A stretch of 64,000 bases of DNA from an uncultured Planctomycetaceae bacterium (GCA_963785305.1 CAWAUV010000008.1:416001-480000); one strand, 5' to 3'. Numbered from the stretch's first letter, positions 41,523 through 53,880 are shown. A program made the numbers and translations. The notes: generated by a model from the sequence alone, not told the origin.

Positions 41523-44500
41523 GATCCGCTCCGATCAGAGTCAGCCAACTCACGCTCTACAATCCGGCTCGCATGAACGACGCCGAAATCGTTGCCGCGT
41601 ATGTTGCCCGCGGCACTGTTTTCGATCGCATCATCAAGGAAATCGCCGCCGAGCAGCCGAAAAGTCGAGCCCAGCATCATATGATCGTCGGCCCGCGCGG
41701 CATGGGCAAAAGCATGCTATTGGCGCGTCTGGCGACGGAATTGCGCGCGAGTCCCGAGCTCGCCACGCGTTTCGTGCCGCTCGCTTTTCCGGAAGAGCAA
41801 TACGCGGTCGATCGTCTGTCGAAGTTCTGGTTGAACTGCCTCGACGCCCTCGCCGATGCGGCGGAGCGCGGCCAGCAACTCTGCGCCAGCGAACGAATCG
41901 ATGCCGCCGTCCGAGCGCTGAATGTCGAGGCCGGCGGCTTGGGCGGAAAGGACGAAACCCCGGCGCGGGCCGCTCTCGACGCTTTTCTATACGCGTCGGA
42001 AGACATGGGCAAGCGTCCCGTGCTGCTCGTCGACAACTTGCAGTTAGTCTTCGAGCGAATTTCGGATATCGAGCAACATGCGCTGCGCGAGATCTTGATG
42101 CGTCCCGGCAGCCCGATCCTGATCGGCGCGAGCCCGAGCCCGCCGCTGGCCAGCCAGGATTATGGCGCTGCGTTTTACGATCATTTCAAAGTTCATTATC
42201 TGAGCCCGCTTTCGGTCGACGAGATGCGCTCCCTACTGGTCGCGCTTGCTCAGCGCACCGGCCGGAACGATGTGCGCGACAGGGTCGATTCGCATCCCGA
42301 GCGTCTGAAGACAATGCGCGAACTTACAGGCGGCAACCCCCGCGCGGCCGCGATGCTCTTTTTTCTCTATGCCGAGGATTTTTCACCGAGCGTGTTCGTC
42401 GATCTCGAAAACCTGCTCGATCGTGTCACGCCTTTCTACAAGGCCCGCATCGAAGAGCTGCCCGAGCAGCAACAAGTTGTCGTAAGCGCGCTCGCCGACT
42501 ACTGGGCGCCGATCACGGGCCGGAACCTTGCGGAGGCGACTGGACTTCCGCCGGGTACTGTGTCCTCGCTGCTTGACCGTTTGGAAAAATCCGGTTTTGT
42601 GGAACGGCTTGAAATTGTCGGCCACGCTTCAACGGGGTTTCAAATCGCCGAGCGGCTGTTCAATATTTGGTTTCTGATGCGCAGCGCTTCGCGGCGTCGG
42701 CGGCGCGAAGCGGAGTTTCTCGTGCGTTTCATCGAAAGTTTTTACGAGCCGAAGGAGCGCTCGCAACTCGCTGAGCGATTGAGGAACGAACGAGATCTGA
42801 GCATCGACCGCTTCTTATTTGCCCAAGCACTTGGGCACACGCTCGATCCGAATGACCAAGCTGAGCTTGCCCGACACGCGGAACTCGACCTGCTGAGGCA
42901 GACAGACGCCGACGCTCGAAAGGAATTGGTGCAGCAATTTGATTTTTCACGTCTCGAACCGGCCACGTTGGAATTTCATGAATTGCGGGCCAGAATCGGG
43001 GCTTCGGTTCCGGTTGGTTCAACAGTTAGTCCGGAGACATTTGCGGATGAAGTTCTCGGCGACCGGAGGTACTTCGTCAATCAGGTTTTGCGTCTTCCGG
43101 GGATGACGCCGTCAATTCTGAGCGAAGAACGATTAGCGACGATCCGCGGGCAAATCACGAGAGCAACGGAAAACGATGTTGAAAAATATGGTGCGACCGC
43201 AGTCGATTGGTTCCGCCAGCGTCTCGCGAGTGGACAGCTTCGATCGGTTGATGACGTTAAAGACTGGAATCGCGCTTTTCTGAAGGCGTGCGAACACAAT
43301 GTCTTCGGAATCATGCTCGATACAATATCGCCACGGATCGGACAGCAGTTGAGTGATGAAGTTCGTTCGCGACTTAGAGATTATCTTGCGCCGAAATCCA
43401 ACGATGGCCGAGCGTGGTTTTACTGGGGCGATATTTTAGAAAATAAATTAGGTTGGTTCACCGAAGCGGAGTCTTCTTACCGCATAGCAATTAGGATCGA
43501 CCCGCATGATTCCTATTTTTGGGGCAAACTTGGCAATTTACTTTGCCTTCGTCTCGATCGCTTCGAAGAAGCCGAGGCCGCGTACAAAACAGCGCTCGAA
43601 GCGGCGCCAAACAATGCCAGCGTGTGGACTGCCTTGGGGCGCTTTCTGAGTGCGACTTCGGCGCGGTTCGCAGAAGCCGAGGAGGCCCTTCGCAAGGCTC
43701 TCGCCATTCAACCGCAAAGCTACTTTACGTGGATTTTTCTCGGCAAATTCCTTCAGGATCGAGAACGCTTCGAAGAAGCCGAGGATGCTTATCGTAAAGC
43801 CATCGAAATCAATCGACGATTCGCGCCTGGGTGGGAAAGATTGGGTAACTTGTTTCGAGATTGTCTCGGACGTTTTACCGAAGCGGAGCACGCCTACCGG
43901 AAGGTCCTGGAGATTGAGCCCGACAACTTCGTTGTTTGGACGATTCTCGGGAATTTATTTCGGGAACATCCCGACAAGTTCGACGAAGCCGAGGCGGCTT
44001 TCAAGATTGCGCTCATCCATAACCCGATTTTCGTGCCGGGTTTGTATTTCTTCGGCGTCTTCTCTCTTGAATGCCGCATGCGCTTTTCCGAAGCCGCCAA
44101 GGTTTTTGTGAGGGTGCTTGAAATCGACGCTAGCGCCGAGGCGGCTCGCCAGAAACTCGTTTCGCTTCAACGGGATGTCTTCACAGACATTGAGGCCGCG
44201 AAGCAAACGTTTGAGCCGCTTCGACATGTCCAAGAGCATCACGCCGAGGACTCGTTCCGTCTTCACGAAGCCGTGTTCGCCGCTTATGACGCAAATTGGG
44301 GCCTCTGCCGTGACGCTTTGTCGAAGGCTCTCGAAGTAATCGGCGCCCGGTTTCCCGCGGAAACGGTCGACGATTGGGTCCGGGCCAGCGCCGTGCTGCT
44401 GCATTTGAACTATGGCGTGGAGATGCTTTCCTTCTTGCGGGAATGTGGCGCCGATGTCCGATTGCGGCCGTGGGTTGAGCGCGTCTCGGCGCTCGACCGC

Positions 44501-44662
44501 GGCGATCGCCGCTTTTTGCAAAACATCGCCGTCGAGGCGCGGACCACGGCCGAGTATTACTTTGATCAGATCGATAAATGGCTGAATGCATTGCCGGCGT
44601 CGACAAGCCGCCGACCGATACCGAAACCGGCGAAGAAGCGTCAAAACCGGCGGAAGCGCTGA
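41519..44662 (+). CDS. P-loop ATPase - winged helix - TPR repeat protein (STAND-like)
   Basis: ATGA overlap with the upstream stop. Walker A GPRGMGKS, Walker B LLVDN, TGGNPR (GxP), wHTH-like LAEATGLPPGTVSSLLDRLEKSGFV and about 7 TPR units (F.EAE.AY..A..I.P). Confidence 0.88.
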   Translation: MRSAPIRVSQLTLYNPARMNDAEIVAAYVARGTVFDRIIKEIAAEQPKSRAQHHMIVGPRGMGKSMLLARLATELRASPELATRFVPLAFPEEQYAVDRLSKFWLNCLDALADAAERGQQLCASERIDAAVRALNVEAGGLGGKDETPARAALDAFLYASEDMGKRPVLLVDNLQLVFERISDIEQHALREILMRPGSPILIGASPSPPLASQDYGAAFYDHFKVHYLSPLSVDEMRSLLVALAQRTGRNDVRDRVDSHPERLKTMRELTGGNPRAAAMLFFLYAEDFSPSVFVDLENLLDRVTPFYKARIEELPEQQQVVVSALADYWAPITGRNLAEATGLPPGTVSSLLDRLEKSGFVERLEIVGHASTGFQIAERLFNIWFLMRSASRRRRREAEFLVRFIESFYEPKERSQLAERLRNERDLSIDRFLFAQALGHTLDPNDQAELARHAELDLLRQTDADARKELVQQFDFSRLEPATLEFHELRARIGASVPVGSTVSPETFADEVLGDRRYFVNQVLRLPGMTPSILSEERLATIRGQITRATENDVEKYGATAVDWFRQRLASGQLRSVDDVKDWNRAFLKACEHNVFGIMLDTISPRIGQQLSDEVRSRLRDYLAPKSNDGRAWFYWGDILENKLGWFTEAESSYRIAIRIDPHDSYFWGKLGNLLCLRLDRFEEAEAAYKTALEAAPNNASVWTALGRFLSATSARFAEAEEALRKALAIQPQSYFTWIFLGKFLQDRERFEEAEDAYRKAIEINRRFAPGWERLGNLFRDCLGRFTEAEHAYRKVLEIEPDNFVVWTILGNLFREHPDKFDEAEAAFKIALIHNPIFVPGLYFFGVFSLECRMRFSEAAKVFVRVLEIDASAEAARQKLVSLQRDVFTDIEAAKQTFEPLRHVQEHHAEDSFRLHEAVFAAYDANWGLCRDALSKALEVIGARFPAETVDDWVRASAVLLHLNYGVEMLSFLRECGADVRLRPWVERVSALDRGDRRFLQNIAVEARTTAEYYFDQIDKWLNALPASTSRRPIPKPAKKRQNRRKR

Positions 44663-44756
44663 ATCTGTTCAAGCAGCGCGCGGCAGCGGCCGAAAAATGC
44701 GCTGTTCGATGGTTCCCCGTGAACGATTTACCCGCGGCCGAAAAAGGCGTGATCTT

Positions 44757-45155
44757 TCACGGCGCTTCCTCGTATGCTTCGCGCTCGAACGGATTGTCGA
44801 GATAGGCGTCGCGGCCTTGCCAATGGACGATGAGGCTCGCCAGCAGATAGGCCGGAATAAAGAGCGGGCCCCAGCGTTCGTATTGCCGCACATGCACGCG
44901 TTCATGCTCGCGGCTGACGCGAAGGCACTCCGGATCGCGACCCCAGACAACATGGCCGAGCGTCATCGCCGCGGCGGGGCCGCCCCAGGGTAATCCGCGG
45001 CGCAAGAATGCCGTGACGATTCCGCCATGCACTTCAAGCACTCCGCCCACGCACCGCGCCGATCCGCCTTGAGCGATGGCCACCATTGCAGGGATCAGGC
45101 CCAGCAAGCTGGCCGGGCTCGCCCAAAGGTAGAGCAGCGGCTGATACCAGCGCAT
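44757..45155 (-). CDS. Small HExxH zincin-like hypothetical protein
   Basis: AMTLGHVV, HERVHVRQYERWG and DNPFEREA. Confidence 0.75.
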   Translation of the reverse strand: MRWYQPLLYLWASPASLLGLIPAMVAIAQGGSARCVGGVLEVHGGIVTAFLRRGLPWGGPAAAMTLGHVVWGRDPECLRVSREHERVHVRQYERWGPLFIPAYLLASLIVHWQGRDAYLDNPFEREAYEEAP

Positions 45156-45178
45156 CGCGAGACCTCCGCGCGAGCGTC

Positions 45179-46819
<1,641 letters not shown>

Positions 46820-46865
46820 CAATCATCCTCAGGGGGAAGGGAGAGCGTCTGGCGAAACCACCAAT

Positions 46866-47684
46866 TTACCGCCCCCGGGTCCGCGCGACAAAGGCCCGAT
46901 AATCCTCGGGAGTGTCGATGCCGACCGTGCGTTCGTCGACAACCCCCACCAGAATCGAATATCCGTGTTCGAGCACGCGCAGTTGCTCCAGGTTTTCCAG
47001 CTTTTCCAGCGGAGTGCGGGGGAGCGACGCGAGGCGGAGCAAAAAATCGCGTCGATAGGCATAGAGCCCCACATGCAAGAATAAAACCGGCGGTTCGGCC
47101 GCGAGCAGCCCGTCGCGCCACTGCCGGGCAAAGGGAATCATGCTCCGACTGAAATAAAGCGCCCGATTACCCGGCGAAAAAGCGCCCGGCGAGCGGTCGA
47201 CCGAAGCGCCGGCCAGGGGCTCCGGCTGGGCGAACACCACTTTGACACACGCCGGATCGTCGAGCATCTCCCGCGAGCGAATCGGCGTGGCGAGCGTGGC
47301 CATGGCGGCTTCCGGATCGTCTTCGAGCATCGCGACGACGCGATCAATCGCTTCGCCCGCGAGTTCCGGCTCATCGCCCTGCACATTGACGAAAATATCA
47401 ACGTCGGGCATCTGGCGGGCAATCTCGGCCACGCGGTCGGTGCCGCTCGCGCAGTCGGGGCTCGTCAGTCGCACTTCGCCACCAAAAGATCGCACCGCCG
47501 CGGCGATCTCTTCGTGATCGGCGGCCACGCAGAGCCCGCGCGGTCGCTGGGCTCGAATCGCCGCTTCGTAAGTGTGCTGAATTAGCGGCTTGCCGGTCTC
47601 GGCCAAGAGTAGCTTCCGCGGCAGCCGGGTCGAAGCCAGCCGGGCGGGAATCACCATGTAACTCGTCGCCGGCCGCGTGTTCAT
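46866..47684 (-). CDS. kdsB: 3-deoxy-manno-octulosonate cytidylyltransferase
   Basis: IPARLASTRLPRK, SGTDR, VNVQGDEP, ALYFSR and EKLENLEQLR. Confidence 0.95.
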   Translation of the reverse strand: MNTRPATSYMVIPARLASTRLPRKLLLAETGKPLIQHTYEAAIRAQRPRGLCVAADHEEIAAAVRSFGGEVRLTSPDCASGTDRVAEIARQMPDVDIFVNVQGDEPELAGEAIDRVVAMLEDDPEAAMATLATPIRSREMLDDPACVKVVFAQPEPLAGASVDRSPGAFSPGNRALYFSRSMIPFARQWRDGLLAAEPPVLFLHVGLYAYRRDFLLRLASLPRTPLEKLENLEQLRVLEHGYSILVGVVDERTVGIDTPEDYRAFVARTRGR

Positions 47685-48059
47685 GGGTGGAGGACCTTGT
47701 CCGCGGTGTGTCTGTAAAAAACATCGGGCGAAGCGGAGTCGCGCGCAGATTGGCCAGCCGACTCCGCTCGCATTGCGAATGCCGTTTTAAGAAAGCCGCT
47801 GTCTGCTCGCAAGGGGGCGAGCCGGGCGAGCCTCGGACGCGCGGACGCGTTGGACGCTCGGACGCCTCTGGCCGCGGCCGCCGCAGCCCGGCTTGACACT
47901 CGACCCGGCGGCCGATACAGTTCGCCCCTCTTCTCGACGCGAGGGCGCCGTGCGCCGGCGGTTGCTTGATTCGGCCGAACGAATATCTTTCGGCACAAGC
48001 CGCCGACCCGCGCGGGCCGCCGCAAGTTTCTTCGCCGCTATCCAAGGCTTGAGCCCCCC

Positions 48060-48947
48060 ATGCAGATCCGCCGAGGCATTGCGGTCTTGCTGGTCGGTTG
48101 CGCGAGTTTGGCCGGCTGCCAATTATTGGCGCCGACGCCCAAGGGCGTCTCGCCGCTTAGGCCGCTCCAGCCTTCGCCCGAAACGGTCGGCCTCGAAATT
48201 TTCTCGGCCCGTTTCGCGCCCGACGATCAAAGCGTGAATGTCGATCTCTGGCAAGAGGTCGACGAACAGCAGATTCCCATCGACACTCGCCGCCAGCTTG
48301 CCCAGCATGGTTTCCGGGCCGGCGTTATCGGGCCGCAGCCGCCGGCCGAATTGGCCAAGCTGCTCAAGATCGTCGAGAAGGCGATCCCCGCGGCCAGCCA
48401 GGGACAACAAACCGTCGACCAACTCATGACCGAGCCGACGGTCACGATGCGGGCCATCTTCACCCGAGCCGGCTGGCGCAACGAAGTGATCGCCTCGAAG
48501 ACCTACGAACAACTTCCGTTGCTCGAACGCGATGGCGACGCGGTGCGCGGCCGCACCTACCCGAAAGCCGATGGCCGTTTTATTCTCAAAGCCTATCCAC
48601 AGGCCGATGGCCATGTGCGGCTCGAAGCCACGCCGGAACTGCAATATGGCGACCCACGGCAACATTGGTCGGCGAGCGATGGCGTGTTGCGGCCCGAAGC
48701 CTCGCGCCCGCAAAAGACCTTCGACCGGCTCAAGCTCGATGTGCCGCTCGCGCCGGGCCAAATGCTGCTCATCACCTGCTTGCCCGAGCGCAAGGGCAGC
48801 GTCGGCTACTGGTTCTTCATGGAAGCGCAAGACGAACGCTACTCCCAAAAGCTGCTCGTCGTGCGCATCGCCCAGGCCACGGGCGACAGCTCCTTCACGG
48901 AAACGCCGCTGGCCGAGAAGCTCGAAGACCTGATCTCGCGGCCTTGA
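48060..48947 (+). CDS. Hypothetical lipoprotein
   Basis: Lipobox LAGC and consistent codon bias. Confidence 0.75.
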   Translation: MQIRRGIAVLLVGCASLAGCQLLAPTPKGVSPLRPLQPSPETVGLEIFSARFAPDDQSVNVDLWQEVDEQQIPIDTRRQLAQHGFRAGVIGPQPPAELAKLLKIVEKAIPAASQGQQTVDQLMTEPTVTMRAIFTRAGWRNEVIASKTYEQLPLLERDGDAVRGRTYPKADGRFILKAYPQADGHVRLEATPELQYGDPRQHWSASDGVLRPEASRPQKTFDRLKLDVPLAPGQMLLITCLPERKGSVGYWFFMEAQDERYSQKLLVVRIAQATGDSSFTETPLAEKLEDLISRP

Positions 48948-48997
48948 CACATTAGCGACGCGGCTTTCCCTGGCGCCGCCTTGGCCACGCCGCTTTC

Positions 48998-50113
48998 TCA
49001 GCGGCGCGGGTTAACGAGCGAAGCGTGTTTCTCGCGCACCTTGCATACCTTGGGCGTCGACACGCCGCGAATATAGGGCTGGTCGGGATTGCGGCGCGCG
49101 TAATCCTGGTGATAGTCCTCGGCCGGGTAAAATTCGCCGGCGGGTTCGAGGGTGGTCACCACCGGGCGGCCGTGAACATTTTGCTCGTTGAGCCGGCGAA
49201 TCCGCTCGCTGGCCGCCGCCTGTTCCGCGGGGCTACCATAAAAGATCGCCGAGCGGTATTGCGTGCCGGAGTCGGCGCCTTGGCGATTGAGTTGCGTGGG
49301 ATCATGGGCATCGAAGAAGACATCGAGCAGTTGCTCGTAGCCGATGCGACTCGGATCGTAGGTCACTCGAATTGCTTCCGCGTGGCCGGTGTCGCCGCCA
49401 CATACTCGGTCGTAATGCGCCGTGACCCGCGCCCCGCCAATGTAGCCGCTTTGCACATCGACCACTCCTTCGAGTTGCTCGAACACCGCTTCCGTGCACC
49501 AGAAGCAGCCGCCCGCGAAGATGGCCGAGGCCAAGGTCGCGCCGCCCGCGCCAGAAGCGGCGCGCTGTGTGAAGGGGCTGGTCTGCTCGGGCGCGCCGGG
49601 CTCCGAGGCAAGGCTTGCGCTCTCTGGCGAAACATCGGCTCGGGGATCGGCCAGTGTAGCGAGCGACTCGGCGTCGACGAATCGGAGCGACGCCGAGTTG
49701 AGGCAAAACCGCTGATGCGTCGGCGGCGGTCCGTCGTCGAAGACATGGCCCAAGTGGCCATCGCAGCGGGCGCAGAGAATCTCGGAGCGAACCATGCCGT
49801 GGCTCGTGTCGCGTGATTCGATCACGTTCTCCCGCGCGATCGCTTCAAAGAAGCTCGGCCAGCCGGTGCCCGAATCGAACTTGCCCTGCGATGCGAAGAG
49901 CGGCAGGTCGCAGCATATGCAGGCATAGACGCCCGCGCGTTTGTTATCGAGCAGCGTGCCGCAGAAGCGGGCCTCGGTGCCTTTGCCGCGAGCGATTTGA
50001 AACTGTTCGGGCGTAAGCTGGGCGCGCCACTCGGCGTCGTCATGAATCACCTTGGGCGACTCGACGGGACCGACCAATTGCCCTCGCCTATCAAACACGC
50101 GCACTCGAACCAT
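48998..50113 (-). CDS. msrAB: Bifunctional methionine sulfoxide reductase (MsrB-MsrA fusion)
   Basis: MsrB motifs GTGWPSF, HLGHVFDDGP and RFCLNS, followed by MsrA motifs GGCFWC, GHAE, QYRSAIF and AEDYHQDY. Confidence 0.95.
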   Translation of the reverse strand: MVRVRVFDRRGQLVGPVESPKVIHDDAEWRAQLTPEQFQIARGKGTEARFCGTLLDNKRAGVYACICCDLPLFASQGKFDSGTGWPSFFEAIARENVIESRDTSHGMVRSEILCARCDGHLGHVFDDGPPPTHQRFCLNSASLRFVDAESLATLADPRADVSPESASLASEPGAPEQTSPFTQRAASGAGGATLASAIFAGGCFWCTEAVFEQLEGVVDVQSGYIGGARVTAHYDRVCGGDTGHAEAIRVTYDPSRIGYEQLLDVFFDAHDPTQLNRQGADSGTQYRSAIFYGSPAEQAAASERIRRLNEQNVHGRPVVTTLEPAGEFYPAEDYHQDYARRNPDQPYIRGVSTPKVCKVREKHASLVNPRR

Positions 50114-50313
50114 GATGACACGCTCCGCTCTGTGTTTTGTGATGCAACCGATTGTTTTAGTCACGATTGCTCTAGCCACGGACAAACACGGAAAAAGAAG
50201 ACGTTCACCCGACCCGTGGCACAACCTTCTTCGCCCACACAATATTATGCCCGCGCGGCTCGAAGGGCCACCTCGGCGTGGCGCGCCGCGCAAGACCTTG
50301 GAGCGAAAGGGCT

Positions 50314-51699
50314 TTAGTAGAGCAGATTCCAACTGGCGTTGATGATCCAGTCGAGGCCGAGTTGCGGGCCGCTCAGGCGTTGATAGATTGGCAGCCCGGC
50401 TTCGACCGACAAGCGTTGGCCGGGCAGGCGACCATCGGGCAGGTAATAATTCACGCCGCCGAGGCCGCTGAGCCGCTCGCCGCCCTGGGCGCCAGGATCG
50501 TTTTGCGAAGCGAGCGCGACATTGAGCGATGGGTCGGCCCGATAGACATTGCCCCAGTGGAGCGCATCGAGGCGGCCCGACACGCTCCAGCGTTCGCCCA
50601 GCCGTCGGGCGAGCCATGCGGTGAGATCGGCTTGGCTGCCGAGCCGGTAGCCAAAGGCGTTGATGCCGGTGCGCACGACGCCGGTGGCCTGGGCGCCCCA
50701 AGTCCAATCGCGCGACTGGCCGCGATAGGTGAGGCCGGGCAGCAGGTCCCAGGTGCCCGAGGTGACCCGCAGATCATAGGGCAAGTTGGGCAAAGTCGGC
50801 GAAACAGGATTGCTTTGATCGAACTCGATGCCCACCGGAGCGCTCACGCCGAACATGGCATGAAGCTGATGGCCCGGGCGGCGAAACAGCACATAGAGTC
50901 CCGAGAGTTTGACATCGCCGATGTTGGTGTACGACGAGCCATAGCTCGGCGCGCCGGCTTGCGTATAAGCGATGCTGTTGTCGTAAAACGGCAGTTCGGC
51001 GAGGAAGGTGAAGTCGTCGGTCGGAGCGTATTCCAAAAGCGCCATGTGGCGATTTCGCGAGAGATGCGAACCGACATACGCATACGCCGTTTGCACGCTC
51101 GCGTCGCTCACTTGATGCGAGCCGACATAATTGTGGTCGAAGAAGCTGCCCTGATAGCGATACGAAACCAACACCTGCCCAGCTTGCAAGGTATGGTCGC
51201 CAATCACGCCGGCCGGCGCGATGCCGTCGGGACGGAAGAGATTGATGCCCTGGGTGCGCGCGATATCCATCGGCAGCACGCTGTCGGGATCGGTCACAAT
51301 GGCCGGGTAATCGAGCCCGCTCGAGGGCTGCACAATGCCCCGCGGCGGCGCGGCGAGCGTGTATTGCATCGTGGGCGGCGTGAAAGGCGGCTGGAAGGGT
51401 TTCGAATAATCGCCCCACTGTGGCGCCGGCGGATCGGGCGGCGGAGCGGCGACTGGCAGCGGCTCGGGCGCGGGCGGCGCTCCGGCCGCCGCCGAATTGC
51501 CCGCGGGAGCCACGCCGCCCGAGCGAGCGTCGAGCGATTCCGGTCGCGCCGGCCAGATCGGCCGCGCCGGAACAAGCGGTTTGGGAATCAGCGCCGGCGC
51601 CGCGGGCTGCTGGGCCCGCGCTTGCGGCGCGACGGTCCCCAGGGCGGCCACCAGCAGGGCGCCCACGGTCACGACAGCGATATCGAGATGGCGCTTCAT
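50314..51699 (-). CDS. Outer-membrane beta-barrel protein (MetA-pathway/transporter-like)
   Basis: Signal peptide, APAGVIGDH, IGDVKL, SGTWDL and LPIYQRLSGPQL. Its start overlaps the TolC stop. Confidence 0.7.
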   Translation of the reverse strand: MKRHLDIAVVTVGALLVAALGTVAPQARAQQPAAPALIPKPLVPARPIWPARPESLDARSGGVAPAGNSAAAGAPPAPEPLPVAAPPPDPPAPQWGDYSKPFQPPFTPPTMQYTLAAPPRGIVQPSSGLDYPAIVTDPDSVLPMDIARTQGINLFRPDGIAPAGVIGDHTLQAGQVLVSYRYQGSFFDHNYVGSHQVSDASVQTAYAYVGSHLSRNRHMALLEYAPTDDFTFLAELPFYDNSIAYTQAGAPSYGSSYTNIGDVKLSGLYVLFRRPGHQLHAMFGVSAPVGIEFDQSNPVSPTLPNLPYDLRVTSGTWDLLPGLTYRGQSRDWTWGAQATGVVRTGINAFGYRLGSQADLTAWLARRLGERWSVSGRLDALHWGNVYRADPSLNVALASQNDPGAQGGERLSGLGGVNYYLPDGRLPGQRLSVEAGLPIYQRLSGPQLGLDWIINASWNLLY

Positions 51700-53690
51700 G
51701 GAGCGGGCGCCTCCTTGGCCGGAACGTTCTGTTCGATCTCGGCCGGTCGATTCGCGCCGTAGAGCACCCAGAGATCATCGAGCTGCATGAGATTCGAGAT
51801 ATCGGTGACCGCCGCCCACTGGCCGCCGAGCGCGGTGACATAGGCCGCGATCGCCACCGCGAGGTTCTGCTGTGCCACGATAATGTCGCCGAAGCCGACC
51901 TGGATCGATTCCTGCTGATGCCGCTGATACACGCCGCGATACGCGCGAGCCAAGTCGGGCAGAATCTGATCGTGATAGAATTGCGTTTGAACGCGACTGG
52001 TTTCGAATCGCTCGAAGGCGTCGGCGAGTTGGGCCGTGAGGCTGTTTTGCGCACGGCGCGATTCCTGGGAAGCGCGCCGGAGATCGCCTTGGGCCGAGAT
52101 GATATTGCCCCGATTGCGATCGAAGATCGGCACCGGCACGCCGAACTGAACGTTGTAGCTCGTGCGCTGGAAGCCCGGCAAGGTGTAGTCCTTTTGAAAC
52201 GTGCCGTAGAGTTGCAAGTCGGGCACCGGCGTGACTTCTTGCAGCCGCAAATTCGTGCGCACCTGCGACACGCTATTACGCCCAGCCAGCACATCGGGAT
52301 GATTGTTGATGACCCAGGTCAACACCGCTTCGTAGTTCAGCGTGGGAACCGGCATGTCGGCCCGACCTTCGAGCTCGGTGGGCGGAATTTCGGGCCGGCC
52401 CACCGTGGCGGCCAATTGCTTCCAGGCCGAAACATAGCGGTTCTGCGCTTGCACCAGCGCCGCTTTGGCCTGCACCGTGAGCGTGCGCATTTGCGCCGGC
52501 TCGTAGCCGGCGCCCGATCCGGCCTTGAGCTTGTCGACCTGAATGCGATAGACCTCGGTCGTGAACTGCACCAAGGCCGAATTGATCGCCACGCTCTCTT
52601 GGGCCACGAGCACCGCGAAATATCCGGCCCGCACATCGGCGAGCAACTGAGCCCGTGTCTTGCGGAAGTTGAGTTGGGCATTCATGGCGTCGAAGTTGGC
52701 CGCGGCGCGGGCCAGGCCGAGCTTGCCGGCGGTTTTGATTGTTTGCGTGCCGAAGACGCCTTGATAGTTTCGCGTGCCGAACGAGCCCACGGTGTCGGCT
52801 TCGTAACCGATCGTGGGATTCGGATGCGTGCCGCGCTGCACCGCCACGCCGAGCGCCGATGTCACATCGCCCGCCACTTGCGGCAAGAGCGGACTACTCT
52901 GCAAGGCGATGTCTTGCAGTTGCCGCAGCGTCATCGGAGTTCCGGCCACATCGAGCCGCGGCGTGGCCAATCGCATGATCGCCGGCGGCTCGGGAAAGAG
53001 CTCGTCGATGATCTTCGAGCGCCGTTGGGGATGTTCGATATCGTAGGGCGGCAACTGAAGCTTCGCCGCCGTGGCGCCCGGCAGGTCGGGCGGGATTTTG
53101 AGCCGGTCTTCCAGACGCGGATGCGGCTGGTCGGGCGGCGGCGGAATCGTCTCGGCCTCCCGCGCCGCCGCGAGCGATATCGGCGAACGCGGCGAGATTC
53201 CACCGGCGCCCGTCCCCTGGCCTGCCATCGCCACGACGTCATCGATCGGCGGCAGCGGCGTGATCGCGGCGGACCAATTCGTGTTTTCGAAATCGGCGCC
53301 AGCCCCCAGCGGCGAGTTGTAAGCCACGGTGGCGATGCCCGTCGCTTGGGGCGATTGCTCGGGCACGCGCTCCGCCGCTTGCGGCATCAGCGAGGCGGTT
53401 TCCGGCGGATTGAGCAAGCCGCGCGGGGCGTTTGTCGAACTAGGGACCCATGAATCCGCCGCGGCCGGCTTCGCAATCGCCGCCGGCTTCGAAGGCTCCT
53501 CCGATGGCAAGACGATTTTCGTTCCCCGGCGATGCGCCGGACTCGCGCAGCTCGACAGCGCCAACGCACAACCCAGCGCGATCAAGCGCCATCGGCTCGT
53601 CGGCCTCGGCTCGCGCGTTGCGCCGCGGATGAAATCGAATTGTCGCCCACGCACGAGCATCGGGGACCGTGTAAAAAAGCCGCGTGTCAA
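51696..53690 (-). CDS. TolC/CzcC family outer-membrane efflux lipoprotein with a long N-terminal extension
   Basis: Lipobox LSSC, PNPTIGY, QTIKTAGKL and VPVPIFDRNRGNI. Confidence 0.85.
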   Translation of the reverse strand: MTRGFFTRSPMLVRGRQFDFIRGATREPRPTSRWRLIALGCALALSSCASPAHRRGTKIVLPSEEPSKPAAIAKPAAADSWVPSSTNAPRGLLNPPETASLMPQAAERVPEQSPQATGIATVAYNSPLGAGADFENTNWSAAITPLPPIDDVVAMAGQGTGAGGISPRSPISLAAAREAETIPPPPDQPHPRLEDRLKIPPDLPGATAAKLQLPPYDIEHPQRRSKIIDELFPEPPAIMRLATPRLDVAGTPMTLRQLQDIALQSSPLLPQVAGDVTSALGVAVQRGTHPNPTIGYEADTVGSFGTRNYQGVFGTQTIKTAGKLGLARAAANFDAMNAQLNFRKTRAQLLADVRAGYFAVLVAQESVAINSALVQFTTEVYRIQVDKLKAGSGAGYEPAQMRTLTVQAKAALVQAQNRYVSAWKQLAATVGRPEIPPTELEGRADMPVPTLNYEAVLTWVINNHPDVLAGRNSVSQVRTNLRLQEVTPVPDLQLYGTFQKDYTLPGFQRTSYNVQFGVPVPIFDRNRGNIISAQGDLRRASQESRRAQNSLTAQLADAFERFETSRVQTQFYHDQILPDLARAYRGVYQRHQQESIQVGFGDIIVAQQNLAVAIAAYVTALGGQWAAVTDISNLMQLDDLWVLYGANRPAEIEQNVPAKEAPAP

Positions 53691-53880
53691 ACACCCAGCA
53701 GCGCGAACAACGGACTTTGCGGCCTCGGCAAGCGCGAGAAGCCTTACGGAGTTGATCGGTTGTGCCGATCGCGCGGATTGAGGAAGATGGCCCGCGAATT
53801 GAGCAATTCAATGCTGCTGGCGCGCCGGCGCCGCTAGCATGGCGCCCTAAAACCGTCTCGCGCAAAGGCCCCAGCGCGAT

